DNA of 64,000 bases from the human T2T-CHM13v2.0 reference genome, Homo sapiens: the NCBI RefSeq assembly GCF_009914755.1, contig NC_060926.1; one strand, written 5' to 3'. Each line of letters opens with the position of its first letter. Positions within the stretch are counted from its first letter, which is position 1. Positions 14,820 through 27,692 of this stretch are shown one piece after another. The notes under the pieces are model-generated. The model did not search any database and had not been told where the DNA came from. It saw only the letters and a program-made list of their open reading frames with translations. The position numbers and the translations under genes are program-made.

Positions 14820-17800
14820 TTTTTGGTTATTTTTAAATAGTAAATATTTTTAATGTCTATTTAATTTCTAATACAACAAATATCAATGGTTATAACTTAA
14901 ATAAATGGTCTTTGTGGTTTTCAACGATTTAAGAGTATAAAAGGGTTCCAAGACCAAAAAGCTTGAGAACTCCTGGTATATAGTCTTATAAAGACAGGCA
15001 TAGCCTTATGAAAATTAAGCCTAAAATGGCATGATTTATGCATTGCATCTTTCTTCACCTTGTATTAAATACCTAAGATTTTATTACTAGATTGTTTTTA
15101 CACCATCTATGCAACAAGTTCCTACTACATCTGAAACATCATGAAATAAAGCAATTTTAAATATTTCATATTCTATACCCCAAGTTCATCATGCAATGTG
15201 ATTGGCTTTCATCATTTTCATTCATTTCAAGAAGGGCAATTTTGTTGAGATCATTTGTTCCTTGATTTTACTACCTACTTATGTATTTGCCCAGACCTTT
15301 CCTTTTATATGTCCACTTCCATCTCAGTCCCTCAGGAAAAACATTTATAAATGTATAGGGTTGGGGGAGGTCTCCAAGAATGGCACCAACAGAAAATATG
15401 ACCTTAATGGATTCATCTTAATCAAAAACCTAGTCTTTTTTTTTTTGGCATTATCAGTTCAGCTACACAGATCAGTTTGTATATACAGTTCATATATATC
15501 ATACCAGATGATCTTTGCACCAATTCCTCCTGAGCCTCAGATTATGGTAATTGGCCCTTTCTCCAGCTTCTCAGCAATTCACTTCAACAATATCTTCATC
15601 ATTATCTTCATCTCTAATCTCTGTATCCCAGCACCTAGCTTAATGCTTCAAACACAGGCTAGGCTTCCAATAAAAGTTTTTTATTGACTGTATTTACTAT
15701 CAATCAGAAAATCCCTTAATCACACTGTATACATTTCCACCTCTGGACCTTTGCTCCTTCATTTCCTAGCACATGGAAGGCCTTCTTGACTCTAGTCTTT
15801 TCAAATATTAACCAACTGTCGAAGCACATTGAGCCACTCTTCTAAACAATAACCTTCATTTCTCAGTCCCTCTGAGCTCTTAGGGCCCACTACTACTCAG
15901 TTGACATTTAATCGCATATCAGAAGTTATTAACTTACCAGAGGGTGAAGGTTCAAAGGTCTTTGAAAGCCTTTAATAACTTGTTATAAAATACTAATTAA
16001 ATGGTGGTTTTAAGATGGTAGTAGTGGGAGAGGTTAGAGAAAGAATAAAACTGTAGTAGTTCAAGGTAAGTCTGAAAGTTTACTTCTTTCATTTAACAAG
16101 TTTGAATACCTACTACATTCGAGGCACTTCTTTGTGTATATTAAAATGTTAATATTAGTGTAACTGAACCTCCATGGGCAACTGTTGCTATGAGAACAAA
16201 GGAAAAAGTGCTTAAACCTTTTGTGGCCTGAACTTGCTGGACTGTAGGAACAGGATGAGATGTAAACCACAATGATGGTTTCTATTGCCAGGGTGTAAGG
16301 ATTATGTCTGGGCATGGGCTTCCTTATTGGTAAAGACCCTTACATACAGTTCAACTCACTAATACTCTTTTTTTCCTGAGGACCTCAAGGATAGTCATAT
16401 GTACTTTGCTCTCACTTTTGTCATTATTGTCAGCCAAGGTAGTACCTCTGCAGGTCAGATCCCATTACTTCCCAGCAGTCACGGTGAGGATATCGCACAG
16501 CCCTCTAAATTGTCCAAAGGGTTCTGCTACTTAGAAACACTAAAAGTCTGACTTTTATACCATGCCCATTCAGTTATCCCCTCAATGCTCTCAATATTTG
16601 ATCATAAGATGACAAAAAAGTATTCAGAACAACTGTTGAAAGTTCAGAGTATTTGAACTCGGCACAGGCAGATCTGTGTTGCTGGAAGGGAGAAGAAACT
16701 TTACCTGAGAGATTAAAGTAATTGTTATTTTTACTTGAAGTGTCCAGTGGTCCTAGGACCAGGAAAGAGGTAGAAGAGATTCACCTAACAGCCTCTAGGA
16801 TACCTGAACTCCTCAGTCTACCTTCCTGATGCCAGCAATGGGACCACTGTGGTCAGGGATCACTTTGGGGTGCACAGTGGCAGGGAATAGAGGGAAGATA
16901 AAAAGAAACTGTCAGAAGCCTTGTTGACCGAACATCCAAAAGTAAGCTTCAAACACACATATAATTCAAGATGTTCTAAAAAGTATTTGTAAAACTTTAT
17001 TTATTCATATGATGAGTATTTTTAGGCCCAGACTTACTGGAGACAAAGGGAAGGTGATAAGCAATTTTAATATAGCTTATAATTGGTTTGATTTTTAAAA
17101 TCCAAGTTAACAACATTCAAGACAAAGGTCATGTTTATTTTTAATATGCTAGGCAAATGGGGGATATGAACCTTTCATTTCCACAATTAAAAGAATATAG
17201 TTGACAAATATATTTGGTTTTCATTTTTGCCATTGAAAAAAGAGTTAAGTAAATCAGTAAGAATTGTTTCCACAAGAAAGAAAAATTACAAGGAAATTAC
17301 TTATAAAATGTAGTCAAATTTCCTAAGTCTCTAAGTTATTTTCAGTTGGACTTACTCAAAATGTAAGGAAAAAAATTAAGTCTTAATAAAATTGTAAGTC
17401 TTAATAAAAACTTTAAATTTTAATAAACACACATATAATTCACAAATTATGCCAGTCAGCTGATATAGTTTAGGCTCCTAGTCACATGAAATATGATACC
17501 CTACAACGTATTTGAAGTAAAACAAAATTTTAACCATTTTGGAGTAGAAATTAGAGGAAGCCAATTTTATTGAAAAAGCCTTAAATTGATTCAAAGAGTC
17601 TGATACTAAAATAAGCTAAATGTTTATACCTTGGCAGTCTACATAGATGGTAATTATACAAGTGTGTCTCCACTTTATAATAGTTTTAAAATTATAATTT
17701 CTTCTCCATGCCTTTCATCATAACACAATTACTACCGCATAGTTAGTACTATGATAAGAAGCCAAAACTAAAGGTGAAGTTGAGAAAGTATTACCTGATG

Positions 17801-19267
17801 AGAAAATTTTGGAGAAAACATAAACATTCTAGATCAAGTATTTTATATACTTAGGTACATTATGTAGCATGTAATCAATGTAAAATAGCTTACAGGATTA
17901 CAGCAAGCCATCTTCTCCTCTGTGCTGTAATACTGTCAGTTTTTTTTTAGAAAGATAAATTTGATATCAATACGATGTGACACAACTGCATCAAACCTTA
18001 ATTTCACTCACAGTAAGAAGTCACAGGATTAAATAACACTGTGCAGTCTTTTAGAAAAGTTTATTGCTTCCAGATGGATTCAAGTTTCCTTTCAGCCCTG
18101 ATTACATCTAATATGCACAGGGTGCCAACATTATAAAGGACAGAGTCAAAAATATCATTTATATAGATAGCAAGAGGTGAAGCAGGGGAACTCTGGCTTC
18201 TAAATAGGTTCTGCTAATCAAGTCTTAACTATTTTTAAGAAATCACAATCAGCATTTAATGAAAAACAAACATCATACTATATAAATGTCTTCAATAATG
18301 GCTGTTCCACAGAAAAACACAAATCTACACTAAAGTAGCCATAAAGTGACTCCTAGCTCAAGCCGCATGCTCTTTGCCCCCATGTTGGGCTGTGCCATGT
18401 GTCACACCGCATGGGGCTTGCTACCAACATGTCCACCTGTGCCTCTGTGGCAGAAGAGGCATCCATTTTTATTTCATTTAGTAGGAGGACTATTGAATAT
18501 AAGCCATTGCAATCAGATATAAAGACCTTCAAAAATAGTGACTACTCAAAGGCATGTTTGCTAACTTGAAGGCTGCACACAAATGACCACTATATTTAAA
18601 AGAACATTTTCTTATGCAACTGAAGTACCACTAACAAAATAAATGAAGTCTTTTTCATAAAACCCCCCAAAAGTACTCTCCATAATGCAAATTAAAAATA
18701 AAATCACATCCATTCTATCTAATCTTGGGGAGAAAAACAAAAATGATTGAAGGATTTCAGTCAGTAGATCACATGTCATCTTTTTAAAATATATTAAAAC
18801 TAAGAATACTTCTGTATTTCCCATTTTCTTAAAAATTGTTCAAATGTCACCCTGAAAAATTTATACAAATTACAAAGTTGATTGAATATAAATGTTAAAC
18901 AATTTATTATGATTCCTTAAAACAGATTAGCAATTTAAATACAATTATGGTCCCAAAGCTCTGAAGAGGAGGAAAATGATTTCTGGAAACACATAAAATC
19001 TTTCTTACTGGAGAACTGTTTGAGAATGTGGGACTACAATAATTCCTGCTCATGCCTAACTTTCTCCTGTGGAGTACACTTAACCAAAACTAAGACAAAT
19101 ATCATTATGATACTTTATTACTCATAATTCTTTAGAGAGACTAAGTTCCTCTATGTAAGGAAAGTGAATGCTAAAATTTCAGGTGATCCTCACAAGTTTT
19201 TCACTATCTTGTATTTTCGATTCGTTCCATAAGTCATACTTAAAATGAATGTAGTAAAAATTTTAAG

Positions 19268-19319
19268 TAGATTAAAATAGTGATAATATCTTTTAGATTG
19301 AAATAGTGATAATATCTTT
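19268..19319. repeat. 26-bp tandem duplication
   Basis: tagatt(a/g)aaatagtgataatatcttt twice. Confidence 0.92.
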
Positions 19320-19802
19320 CAACTATCTATCAACTGCTTAAAAATGCTTGAAGACACAAGGTGATCAGAAAAGGATGAAATTACATTAAAATGTAACTTG
19401 AAGTTACAGGCCAAATCAATAATAGATCAATAAAACAGAGTTCAACCAGTTAGGCTACCAGGAACTAAAATGGATAATGGGTTTTATGTCAGCACATGAC
19501 TCATCCATTAAGTATTTCACATATCCCTAATACTAATAAGTGTTTGTGTTAACTATCCCTAATCAAATAGTACTTTGTTTCCAATAATGATTATTCTTAA
19601 ACTGGCCACTGTCTTCTAAATAGTATGTATTTGAGTGAAAAATGATTTGAGCTTCACTCTTTCAATATCGTTAATTGGAAACCTTCCACATGCCAGTCTT
19701 GTTCCACACAGAGAAGCCTTTTAGACAGAGATCTTCCTTGACTACCCAATAAATAATCGTTGAACAAAGATTGGAACAAAATAAGGGAGCATGCTGTGTA
19801 GG

Positions 19803-20125
19803 TACGGGTCTAGAATCTCTCATCTGCAATTCTGAAATCCCCAAAGCTCCAAAAACATTTTTTTCTTAAGTCATTTGGCAGCAAATCTTGAGCTGACCTC
19901 ATTCTGCAGCTGAACTGACAATGAGAGTTGAGTCTTTACTCATCCCTCTTAGCATGGGCATTCTTAATGTTTCATTCAGAAATATTATTTAATTATGAAA
20001 TGCTACCACAAACCAGCTGTGAGTGTTATGTAATATATTATATATACCCCATTTTAGCTCTCTAAAATCAGTAAATATCTGAATTTTAACACATAGCTGG
20101 TTCCAAGGGTTTCTGGGCAAAGGGA
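19803..20125. mobile_element. MER96B-like DNA transposon
   Basis: ttctgaaatccccaaagctc...ttggcagcaaa...ctgaactgac...ctgaatttt..aacaca...ccaagggtttc matches the recalled consensus. Confidence 0.7.
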
Positions 20126-20129
20126 ACAG

Positions 20130-21450
20130 TAAGCATCAAGGTCCTGTGGCAAATGCATACTTGGTGTGTTCAAGGAACGGTAAGATGTGGCTGGTGCTAG
20201 TGAGAAAGCAGGAGAGGGATAAGACATAAGAGTAGAGGGATCAGGCACAAGTAGCCCATGTAGGGTAATATAGACTACATTAAGGACATTGGATTTTATG
20301 CTGAACATGCAGAAGAACGATGTGCTCTAATGTACACTTTAAAATTAACATCTGGGCCAGACATGGTGGCTCATGCCTATAATCCCAACACTTTGGGAGG
20401 CTGGCACAGAAGGATTACTTCAGGCCAGGAGTTCAAGACTAGACTGGGCAGCAAAGGGAGACCCCATCTCTAGTAAAAGTTAAAAAAAAAAAAAAATTAG
20501 TCAAGTGTGGTTGTGTGCCTGTAGTCCTAGCTACTGGAGAAGCTAAGGCAGGAGGATCACTTGAGCCCAGGAATTAAAGGCTACAGCGAGCTATGATCAC
20601 CAGTGCATTCCAGCCAAGGCGAAAGTAAGACCCAATCTTAAAACAAACAAAAACGAAATTGCTACATGGAGAACAGACTGATGGGGGACATCGTTGGACA
20701 GACACTACTCCAGATGAGAAATACAATACTCCAGGTGAGAAATGAGAGTGTATAACACCAAGTGGTGACAATGATGCTGCTCAAGCGTGGATATATTTCC
20801 AAGGAAGAGGCAACAGGATTTGTTGATAGGTTGGATGTAGAATGAAAGACAAAGGGTGGAATGTAGCAAGTCTCCAAGTGTTTTTGGTTTGGACAATCAG
20901 AATAATGAAGTTCCCACTTACTGAAATGGGAAAATCTATAGGAGGTACATATTTAGAGGCTGCAGGAGAAAATGTGGAGTTTGTTGTAGAACATAAGTTT
21001 GAGAAGTTTATTAGACCTCTAATATTTAAGTAGAAGATTTATAAAACTGGAATTCAGAGGAGAGGTCTAGACTAGAGTTACAAATTTGAAAGACATGAGC
21101 ATTTAGATAGTATTTGAAGCCAGAAACTAGAGAAGGTCCAACCAGAGAAAACAGAAACAGAGACAATAAGAAGTCAGAGGACAGACATGGGAAAATGAGA
21201 ATACCCAAGAATGGAGACTGGGAAAAAGCAGCCCAATGGGGTAGGAGGAGAACCAAAAGAATGACATCCAAGAAGGTAGGTGAAGAAAGCTGTATCAAGG
21301 AGCATAGTGTGACTACTTGTCAGACTCTTAGTAGGTCAAGTCAGATGAGGACTGACCTTGACGAGTAAGCTGTAGAGTGACAGGGGTCAAGTCTGGCCAC
21401 AGGAGATTCAAGAAGGAATGAAAAACAGAGTGAATGTATAAGTTATCTAG
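20130..21450 (-). mobile_element. L2 remnant, split by an Alu
   Basis: cttggtgtgttcaaggaac, taaggacattggattttat, ctggaattcagaggagaggtctagactaga, aggtcaagtcagatgaggactga. Confidence 0.72.
20355..20655 (+). mobile_element. Alu (AluJ)
   Basis: Diverged full dimer. Confidence 0.92.
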
Positions 21451-21499
21451 CTAGAAAGTTGGGGGGTGGGGTGAGCAAAAAAAAAAAATAAATGGGACC

Positions 21500-22240
21500 A
21501 GGTGCTCTACAAAGATTAGTTCAGTTAATCCTCACAATAGTTCTATAAGGTAGAAATCACCTCACTTTACATATGAAAATGTAGAAGACAAATGGTATGC
21601 CATGTTTTAAATGAGAATGTTAGAATTTGATAGCAAGTATACCTCATTATCAAAGTTTATCCTCTTATAGTACCACACAGCTTCCTACCAATTTACCATA
21701 TAAATAAACAAATATTGAGAAAATGGCATCGTGTTCTCAGAAAGGACACTGGTGTAGGAAGAGAAAGCCTTAGATTTAGTCCCCAACTCTGTCACCAATC
21801 TTGAGGGAAATGCTTTCACTTTTGAGCCTGACGGGTCATTCCTAAAACAAGAGGATTAGAATAGATGCATTCATTCATTCAACGAATATTTGTTTAATCT
21901 CTATGTGCTGGAAACTATTCTAGGAGTTAGAGAAACAGGGGCAAACAAAACAGAAACTTACCCTGTGGTAAGAAAAATGATATTTAATTTAATCTAAAGT
22001 TTCTTTCATGCCTAAAACGCTATATTGTTTAATAGACAAAAATTCTGTTCTATGTAGTGCAAATAAGTTTAGATTAATTGTGTCAGTGAATGCTCACTAC
22101 ACCATAAACTGGGTGCCATTATTATGATCCCATTTTACAGATTGTGAGGAAGGACAGATAAGCTTAGAGTTTAAATAGCTTGCCCCAGTCTCAAGAGTGG
22201 CAAATTCCAAATTCTAACAGATATTCTGACCCCAAAAAAC
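21500..22240. mobile_element. Cluster of MIR and L2 3'-end fragments
   Basis: ttaatcctcacaa, cattcattcattcaacgaatattt, cccattttacagat...cttgcccca. Confidence 0.6.
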
Positions 22241-25200
22241 CACCCTTCAATTACTTTAAAGAGTATAGTAATACACTATTATAATACTTCATTTGACTGG
22301 TGTTTACCTCTCCCTTCCTGTTATTTTACTTTTTTTGATGGATCTCTGAATGTTCAAAATGGAAAACAATGAAGACTAAGAGAAAAAGCGAACAACAGAG
22401 GAACTGCAGTAGAAGTGAATAATGATATTTGCTTGAAAAAAACTCAAGAAAAACCAATATAGTGGAGTAACAAGAACAAAAAAGAGATCTGAGAAGGCAC
22501 AGGAAGGAAAGAACAGCCGCCATTGAGATGGTGGCTCTGGTCAGTCACCCACTGATGCCACATGCCTAATTGTACAGGACAGTTAGCAGGTGGGTCAACC
22601 ACAGCTCCCCAGGTTTGCTCTATCAGAGGGGACTGGCTTCTCCTATTCTCTGCCAAATCACCCAAACAAGTTGTCCATTTAAGAACCCGACCAAGAAGCC
22701 AAACCTCTAATGAGTCTGACAAAGTAAATATGCTCCCTAAATTCCTCAGAAAGGAAATCAAGGTACTGTTAGATACATTTTGGTATGATCATGTTAAAAA
22801 GGAAAGCAATTCTTGAGAGTGGGTACTGGGGAAAAAGGAGAGATCCTTATACAAATCAGAAGAGGATAAAAGATGCAGGGATGAGTCACTGGTCTTACTA
22901 CCAGAGAGGTCATCTTCTGATTTTCAGCAGACAACCAGTATCTGGCTCTTGCCTTTGGATTAGGGATCTCCAGCCAGCACTAGGTCCACATGGACTCTCA
23001 CTGGCTGGAAGCCAGTTTATCTTCCCTAGCTTTCAACATAGAGAGGTGATATGAGAGTAGCTGGATTTTCCTTTCTGAAGAATTATTCTTATAATACAGT
23101 ATTTGCCCCTAGTAGTCTGAAGATATTTAGAGATTGTATTGGTTTCATATTGCTTGTAGAGGCAAGAAACATATTTTCTATCAATAATCTATTTAGCTGC
23201 AAAATTTGAGTGTCTCTTCTATGCCAAGTGTTTTCTGACCTAAATATTGAGGATTTGAGGTTGATTAAATATGGTTCTTTCCCTGTAGCAGTTTGGTACA
23301 ATGGAGAATGGAAACTAACCGTCACGTGGACCTTCACCAAGTTCTTATTTTCAATTTACTGCCTTACAAAAGGGGGCATCCTGAGTGCCTCCTAAAGCAA
23401 ACTAGGAAACCCTCATTAGTAAAAAGGTTCTACTAAGAAATTTACAGGATACATTAAGAGGAGAAACATAGAAATTGAGAGATACAGAAAAGAATGAAAA
23501 GATATCATTGAAATAAGAGCAAGAAGAAAAAATTACCAGGAGTTGCCTCATGTGATGCTGCTACTCTTGCTGTTCCTAGGGAGGAATAAATCTTTTCCCA
23601 AACATTTTGGGGAAATCTATCAAATTCCATTTGTACTCATCCTAAAAACTTTTAGGTGTCCTAGTCACAATGCAAAATTCTTTACCAATTCCAACCCAGG
23701 ATAGGATGAGTATTTCTTTTGACGAAAACTAATAATCATGTAGTGGGGAATAGAAATTTGATGACAATCATCTGGTTTCATCATCTTGTGGTTTTCCTCT
23801 GGATCCTGAGAGTTCAGCTATAGAAATACACAGACTTTGCCGAAGAGGAAAACATTCCCACACCCCATGGCTGTAAGGAACACTGCATACATCACTGTCC
23901 TCAGTACTAAAACACTAGATGTTGCGATAGCACACCAGCCCTGAAATGTGCCACTCTTATTAGTCACCATCTTTTCTTAACAGATGGCAAAACTGTGCTA
24001 CAGCAATATTCTACTGATGAAGGAGCTGTTAGGAATTAGAAACTAGGTGATAGCACATTTATAAAATCATCATCAACAACAAAAAATACATGCTGATCAT
24101 TAAGATATGTAAAATAAGATACACGACAGGAATCATTTAAGAACATTCTCAAAACATAAATGTCTTGTCCTGAAGGTTTCATTTGTGCTCAGAACATTTT
24201 TTTGTGTTAAAAAAAAATTAGATGACCTTGGTAGTAATCAGCTATTTAGACCATGACCACTGACAAACTCTTATTTAAGCTTCAGACTCCAAAACGCAAC
24301 ACCATCAACTTCAGAAATTTTTGTAAGGACAACCTTGTAGCTACTTATTTAAGAAATGGTTTGCACAGTGGTTCTCAAATTGACCTCCAGATAATTCTCC
24401 ATAACCCAGTCCTAAGGAGCTCTGTCGTACTTTACCTATTGGGAGAAGAGAAAGAGGGTGTTTTAAAATGGCCTTGGAATGGAAGAGATAATACAGAAAG
24501 TACTGTTTTAATACAGTCATTGGTAAAAATAACTATGGATTTGTTCCAAAGAGTTACTGGCATGCTTAAAGATCAGAGATCAGTTCATTTGTTTGAAATG
24601 CTCTATTTTCAGTGGGCATAAAAAAGGCAGTAACCCCCAAAGATTAGTCCAAAGCCTCAGTATCAATACACATATTAGGATTTGGAATCCTGGAAACCTC
24701 TTCCAAAAAGCTGTTCAAACAACTTTCAAATAATGAAATTGAGATCTTTTCTGCTCTTCAAGGGGATACATGATCTAAAGTTTGCGCAAGTTCATTTTCC
24801 TTTTAATGTACGTATTTTAGAATTAGATTTTGTAATATATGCATGCAGTTACCACCTACACAAGATTATTATAATCTAACCCAAGTAATTACTGCTGAGA
24901 TCAGCAAGTTAATGTCCTTTGTTTGCCAAATTTTTGTTTCCCCAAGAACAAATCCCACTCAATAAAGATGTGTTTCCAGGATACATATAATTATGCTGGG
25001 TACAACATCTGTTGCTTTGCATTTTCAGAGCCTTACCAAATCAAGATAAGAACACGCTTCTATGTCTACTTTAGAGAGAATGACTAGAGTAGTAAAAGCT
25101 TAAATACTCAGAAGATTTTTCAAAAAGCAGTATTCATCAAAAACAGAAGCAAATTCTAATTTAACTATTTCCAAATTGAATTAACTCATTTTAGTCCTTA

Positions 25201-26144
25201 TCTTTTAACACAATTATATCATTTTTCAATATGATTCAATAATCCTGAAAATTATCTTTCCTATGATTTTATATAAGAATCTTAGTTCTATTAACTTCAA
25301 CCTCAGTTATCTTTCAGAAGCAGAATGCCTAACCAAAAAAAAAGGTAATCACTTATGATCAAGAACAGCAGAAAAATAATATTGGTGCCCTCTTTTCTGG
25401 TATTTCCTCTCAGGAACACAGTGGATTTAGATAACAGGGCAGTGTTGCACTTTTAAATGTAGGTCAGTATTCTGATTGTAGTAGGAAAGTAAATGCTCAG
25501 ACCTGAATAAAGCAGGGTAATAGCCACCTAAGTCAATGTTCTGCATGGCCTTTTAAGGTTGCCCCCAGCAACCTGGTAATCCTAAGAACTTTTCAGTATG
25601 GAAGGTAATTACTTATTGGCAAGATTTATCAGGAAGACACAAAATAAACACTGATTTCAGTACCAAAATATGAAATAAACATGTAATAAATGGGGGGGTG
25701 GTTCTGACACTACTCTCTCCTCAAACATTAGTAGTCATAGGCAAAAAAAAAAAAACTCAGTTATGAATTCATACTTTCAGAAAACTTTAGAACAAGCAAA
25801 TTCATGACATTGTTAGTGATATTCAGATGTATTTCACTATCTTTGAGGGCTACTATTTCTCCTGTCCATATAACTATTATTATTTGTGCTATATTTAGAC
25901 TGATTAGATTGACCAAGTTCCACAGAGTTAGAGTTGAGAAAACCTACTTAAAATGTAAAAAATTACCCATCTTTCCAAGCCATTTTAATATGTTCCTTCT
26001 CACTTAACAATTCTTTATTTCTTAGTGTTATATATCATTTTTAAGTAATCACACATTAACCATTGTCTTGGAAAAAAAAAAAAAAAACACAAGAAGCCTC
26101 ACCTCACTATTAATAGGAATTTAAGGGGAAGAATAAAACCCACT

Positions 26145-26454
26145 TTTTTTTTTCTTTGAGACAAGTTCTCACTCTGTAACCCAGGGCTGAAGTGAAGTGG
26201 TGTGATCTCTGCTCACTGTGACCTCTGCCTCCTGGGCTGTAGCAATCCTCCAGCCTCAGCCTCACCCTCTTGAGTAGGTGGGACTAGAGGTGAACGCCAC
26301 CAAGCCCAGCTAATTCCCCCACTCCCCCTGCCCCCCCAGAGTCGGGGTTTTGCCATGTTTCCCAGGCTGATCTTGAACTTCTGGGCTTAAGCAATCTACC
26401 TTCCCTGGCCTCCCAAAGTGCTGGGATTACAGGTGTGAGCCACCACACCTGGCC
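26145..26454 (-). mobile_element. Alu (AluJ)
   Basis: Dimer with a C-rich altered linker; TSD-like aaaa(c/t)ccact. Confidence 0.9.
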
Positions 26455-26512
26455 AAAATCCACTCTCAAGGTTGGAAAAGATTTAGGTAAAGGAAAACTA
26501 TAGCAAATCACG

Positions 26513-26890
26513 TGTTATGGACTGACTTGTGTTCCCCTAAAATATGTTTAAGCCCTAACCCCCAGTGTGACTGTATTTAGAGACAGGGCCTTAAATAGGG
26601 TAATTAGGTTAAATGAGGTCATAGCATAGGGTCCTAATCCAATAGGACTGGTGTTCTTACAAGGAAGACACCAGAGATCTCTATCCATGCAGGCAAAAAG
26701 AAAAGGCCACGTGAGGATGCTGTATGAAGGTGGCCACCTGAAAGCCAGGAAGAGAACCCTCTTCAGAAACCAACCCCAATGGCACCTTGATTTTGGACTT
26801 CTAGCCTCAAGAACTGTGAGAAGATAAATTTCTGTTCAAGCCTCCCAGGCTGTAGTATTTTGCTATGGCAGCTGTAGCAGACTCCTATAC
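26513..26890 (+). mobile_element. MaLR solo LTR (MLT1A/B-like)
   Basis: tgttatggactga...ctaatccaataggactggtg...ttggacttctagcctc.agaactgtgagaa.ataaatttctgtt. Confidence 0.88.
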
Positions 26891-27597
26891 TATCCTGCCT
26901 TGACTTATCTTCAGTTTTAATTTCTACTTTAGCATCTCTGAATTTTCTTCAAAGGGTGACCTGTTGTCGTATTGCCATATCAAGGAAAACATGGCAAGCA
27001 GAGAAACTGATTGTATCTTTTTTCATTTCTGTGTTCCAATATTTCCAAATGTGGGCACTGAAGAATATTTAACGCCAATGAGTGAAAAACCAAATAATTT
27101 CTTAGCTTATTAATTAGAATGCCAGATTATATTGGGAGGCCATTGAATTATTTTAGGTGGGAATTAGTCAACATAGCAAGGGATGCAATACAGTCTAGGG
27201 AGTACAAATAAAGGTAACTGAGAACCTTGTGTAAGATTTGAAAGCACCATTTACAAGAATTTCTCATGCTGCCCACTTGAAAGGTAAAGATGAAATTTCT
27301 CAAGTCTTCTATATTTTTACTCCCAGGTTTTCACTGGTTCTTTAAAAGTCTTTTCTTCATTACTTTTTAAAAAATTGTTTTATTTTTCTGGTTCTTTAAA
27401 AGTCTTGTGATTGAACTAGAACCAGAGCTTCTCAGAGCTTCCAAACCCAGGAGAAATCAGCATAGATACACACCTGGAAAGTTAAGAGTCAAGATTAGCC
27501 CAGGGCTAAGTGGAGAAACAGGCACACTGGAAAAGGTTCATCAAAGCCCAGAGGCCAACTAGAAAAATGGCCCTTTAACCACTTCACATCTCATTCC

Positions 27598-27692
27598 CTT
27601 TACACCCCTCCACCCCACCTTCCCCCATGCTAATGCTGCTTTTTGCACCTTACACCCCTCCACAGCACCCCCCTTCATGCTAATGCTGCTTT
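27598..27692. repeat. Imperfect 50-bp-period tandem duplication
   Basis: ttacacccctccac...catgctaatgctgcttt twice. Confidence 0.88.

Larger units (their letters stand above)
13023..14975. mobile_element. Charlie1a-like hAT DNA transposon, interrupted by an L1 fragment and an Alu
   Basis: Imperfect TIRs cagcaattctcaa / ttgagaactcctg (11/13). Internal gctgaactagc...gaacaccac.ttttacttgaaaga...aatgaacaaagtgag is typical of Charlie1. Confidence 0.8.

Noticed and set aside
16695-17810. AG|GT recursive-splice-like sites on the minus strand (ctctcag|gtaaag at ~16706; tcatcag|gtaata at ~17795)
   Set aside because: Weak pyrimidine tracts and donors; expected by chance in a 52-kb intron without sawtooth RNA-seq evidence.
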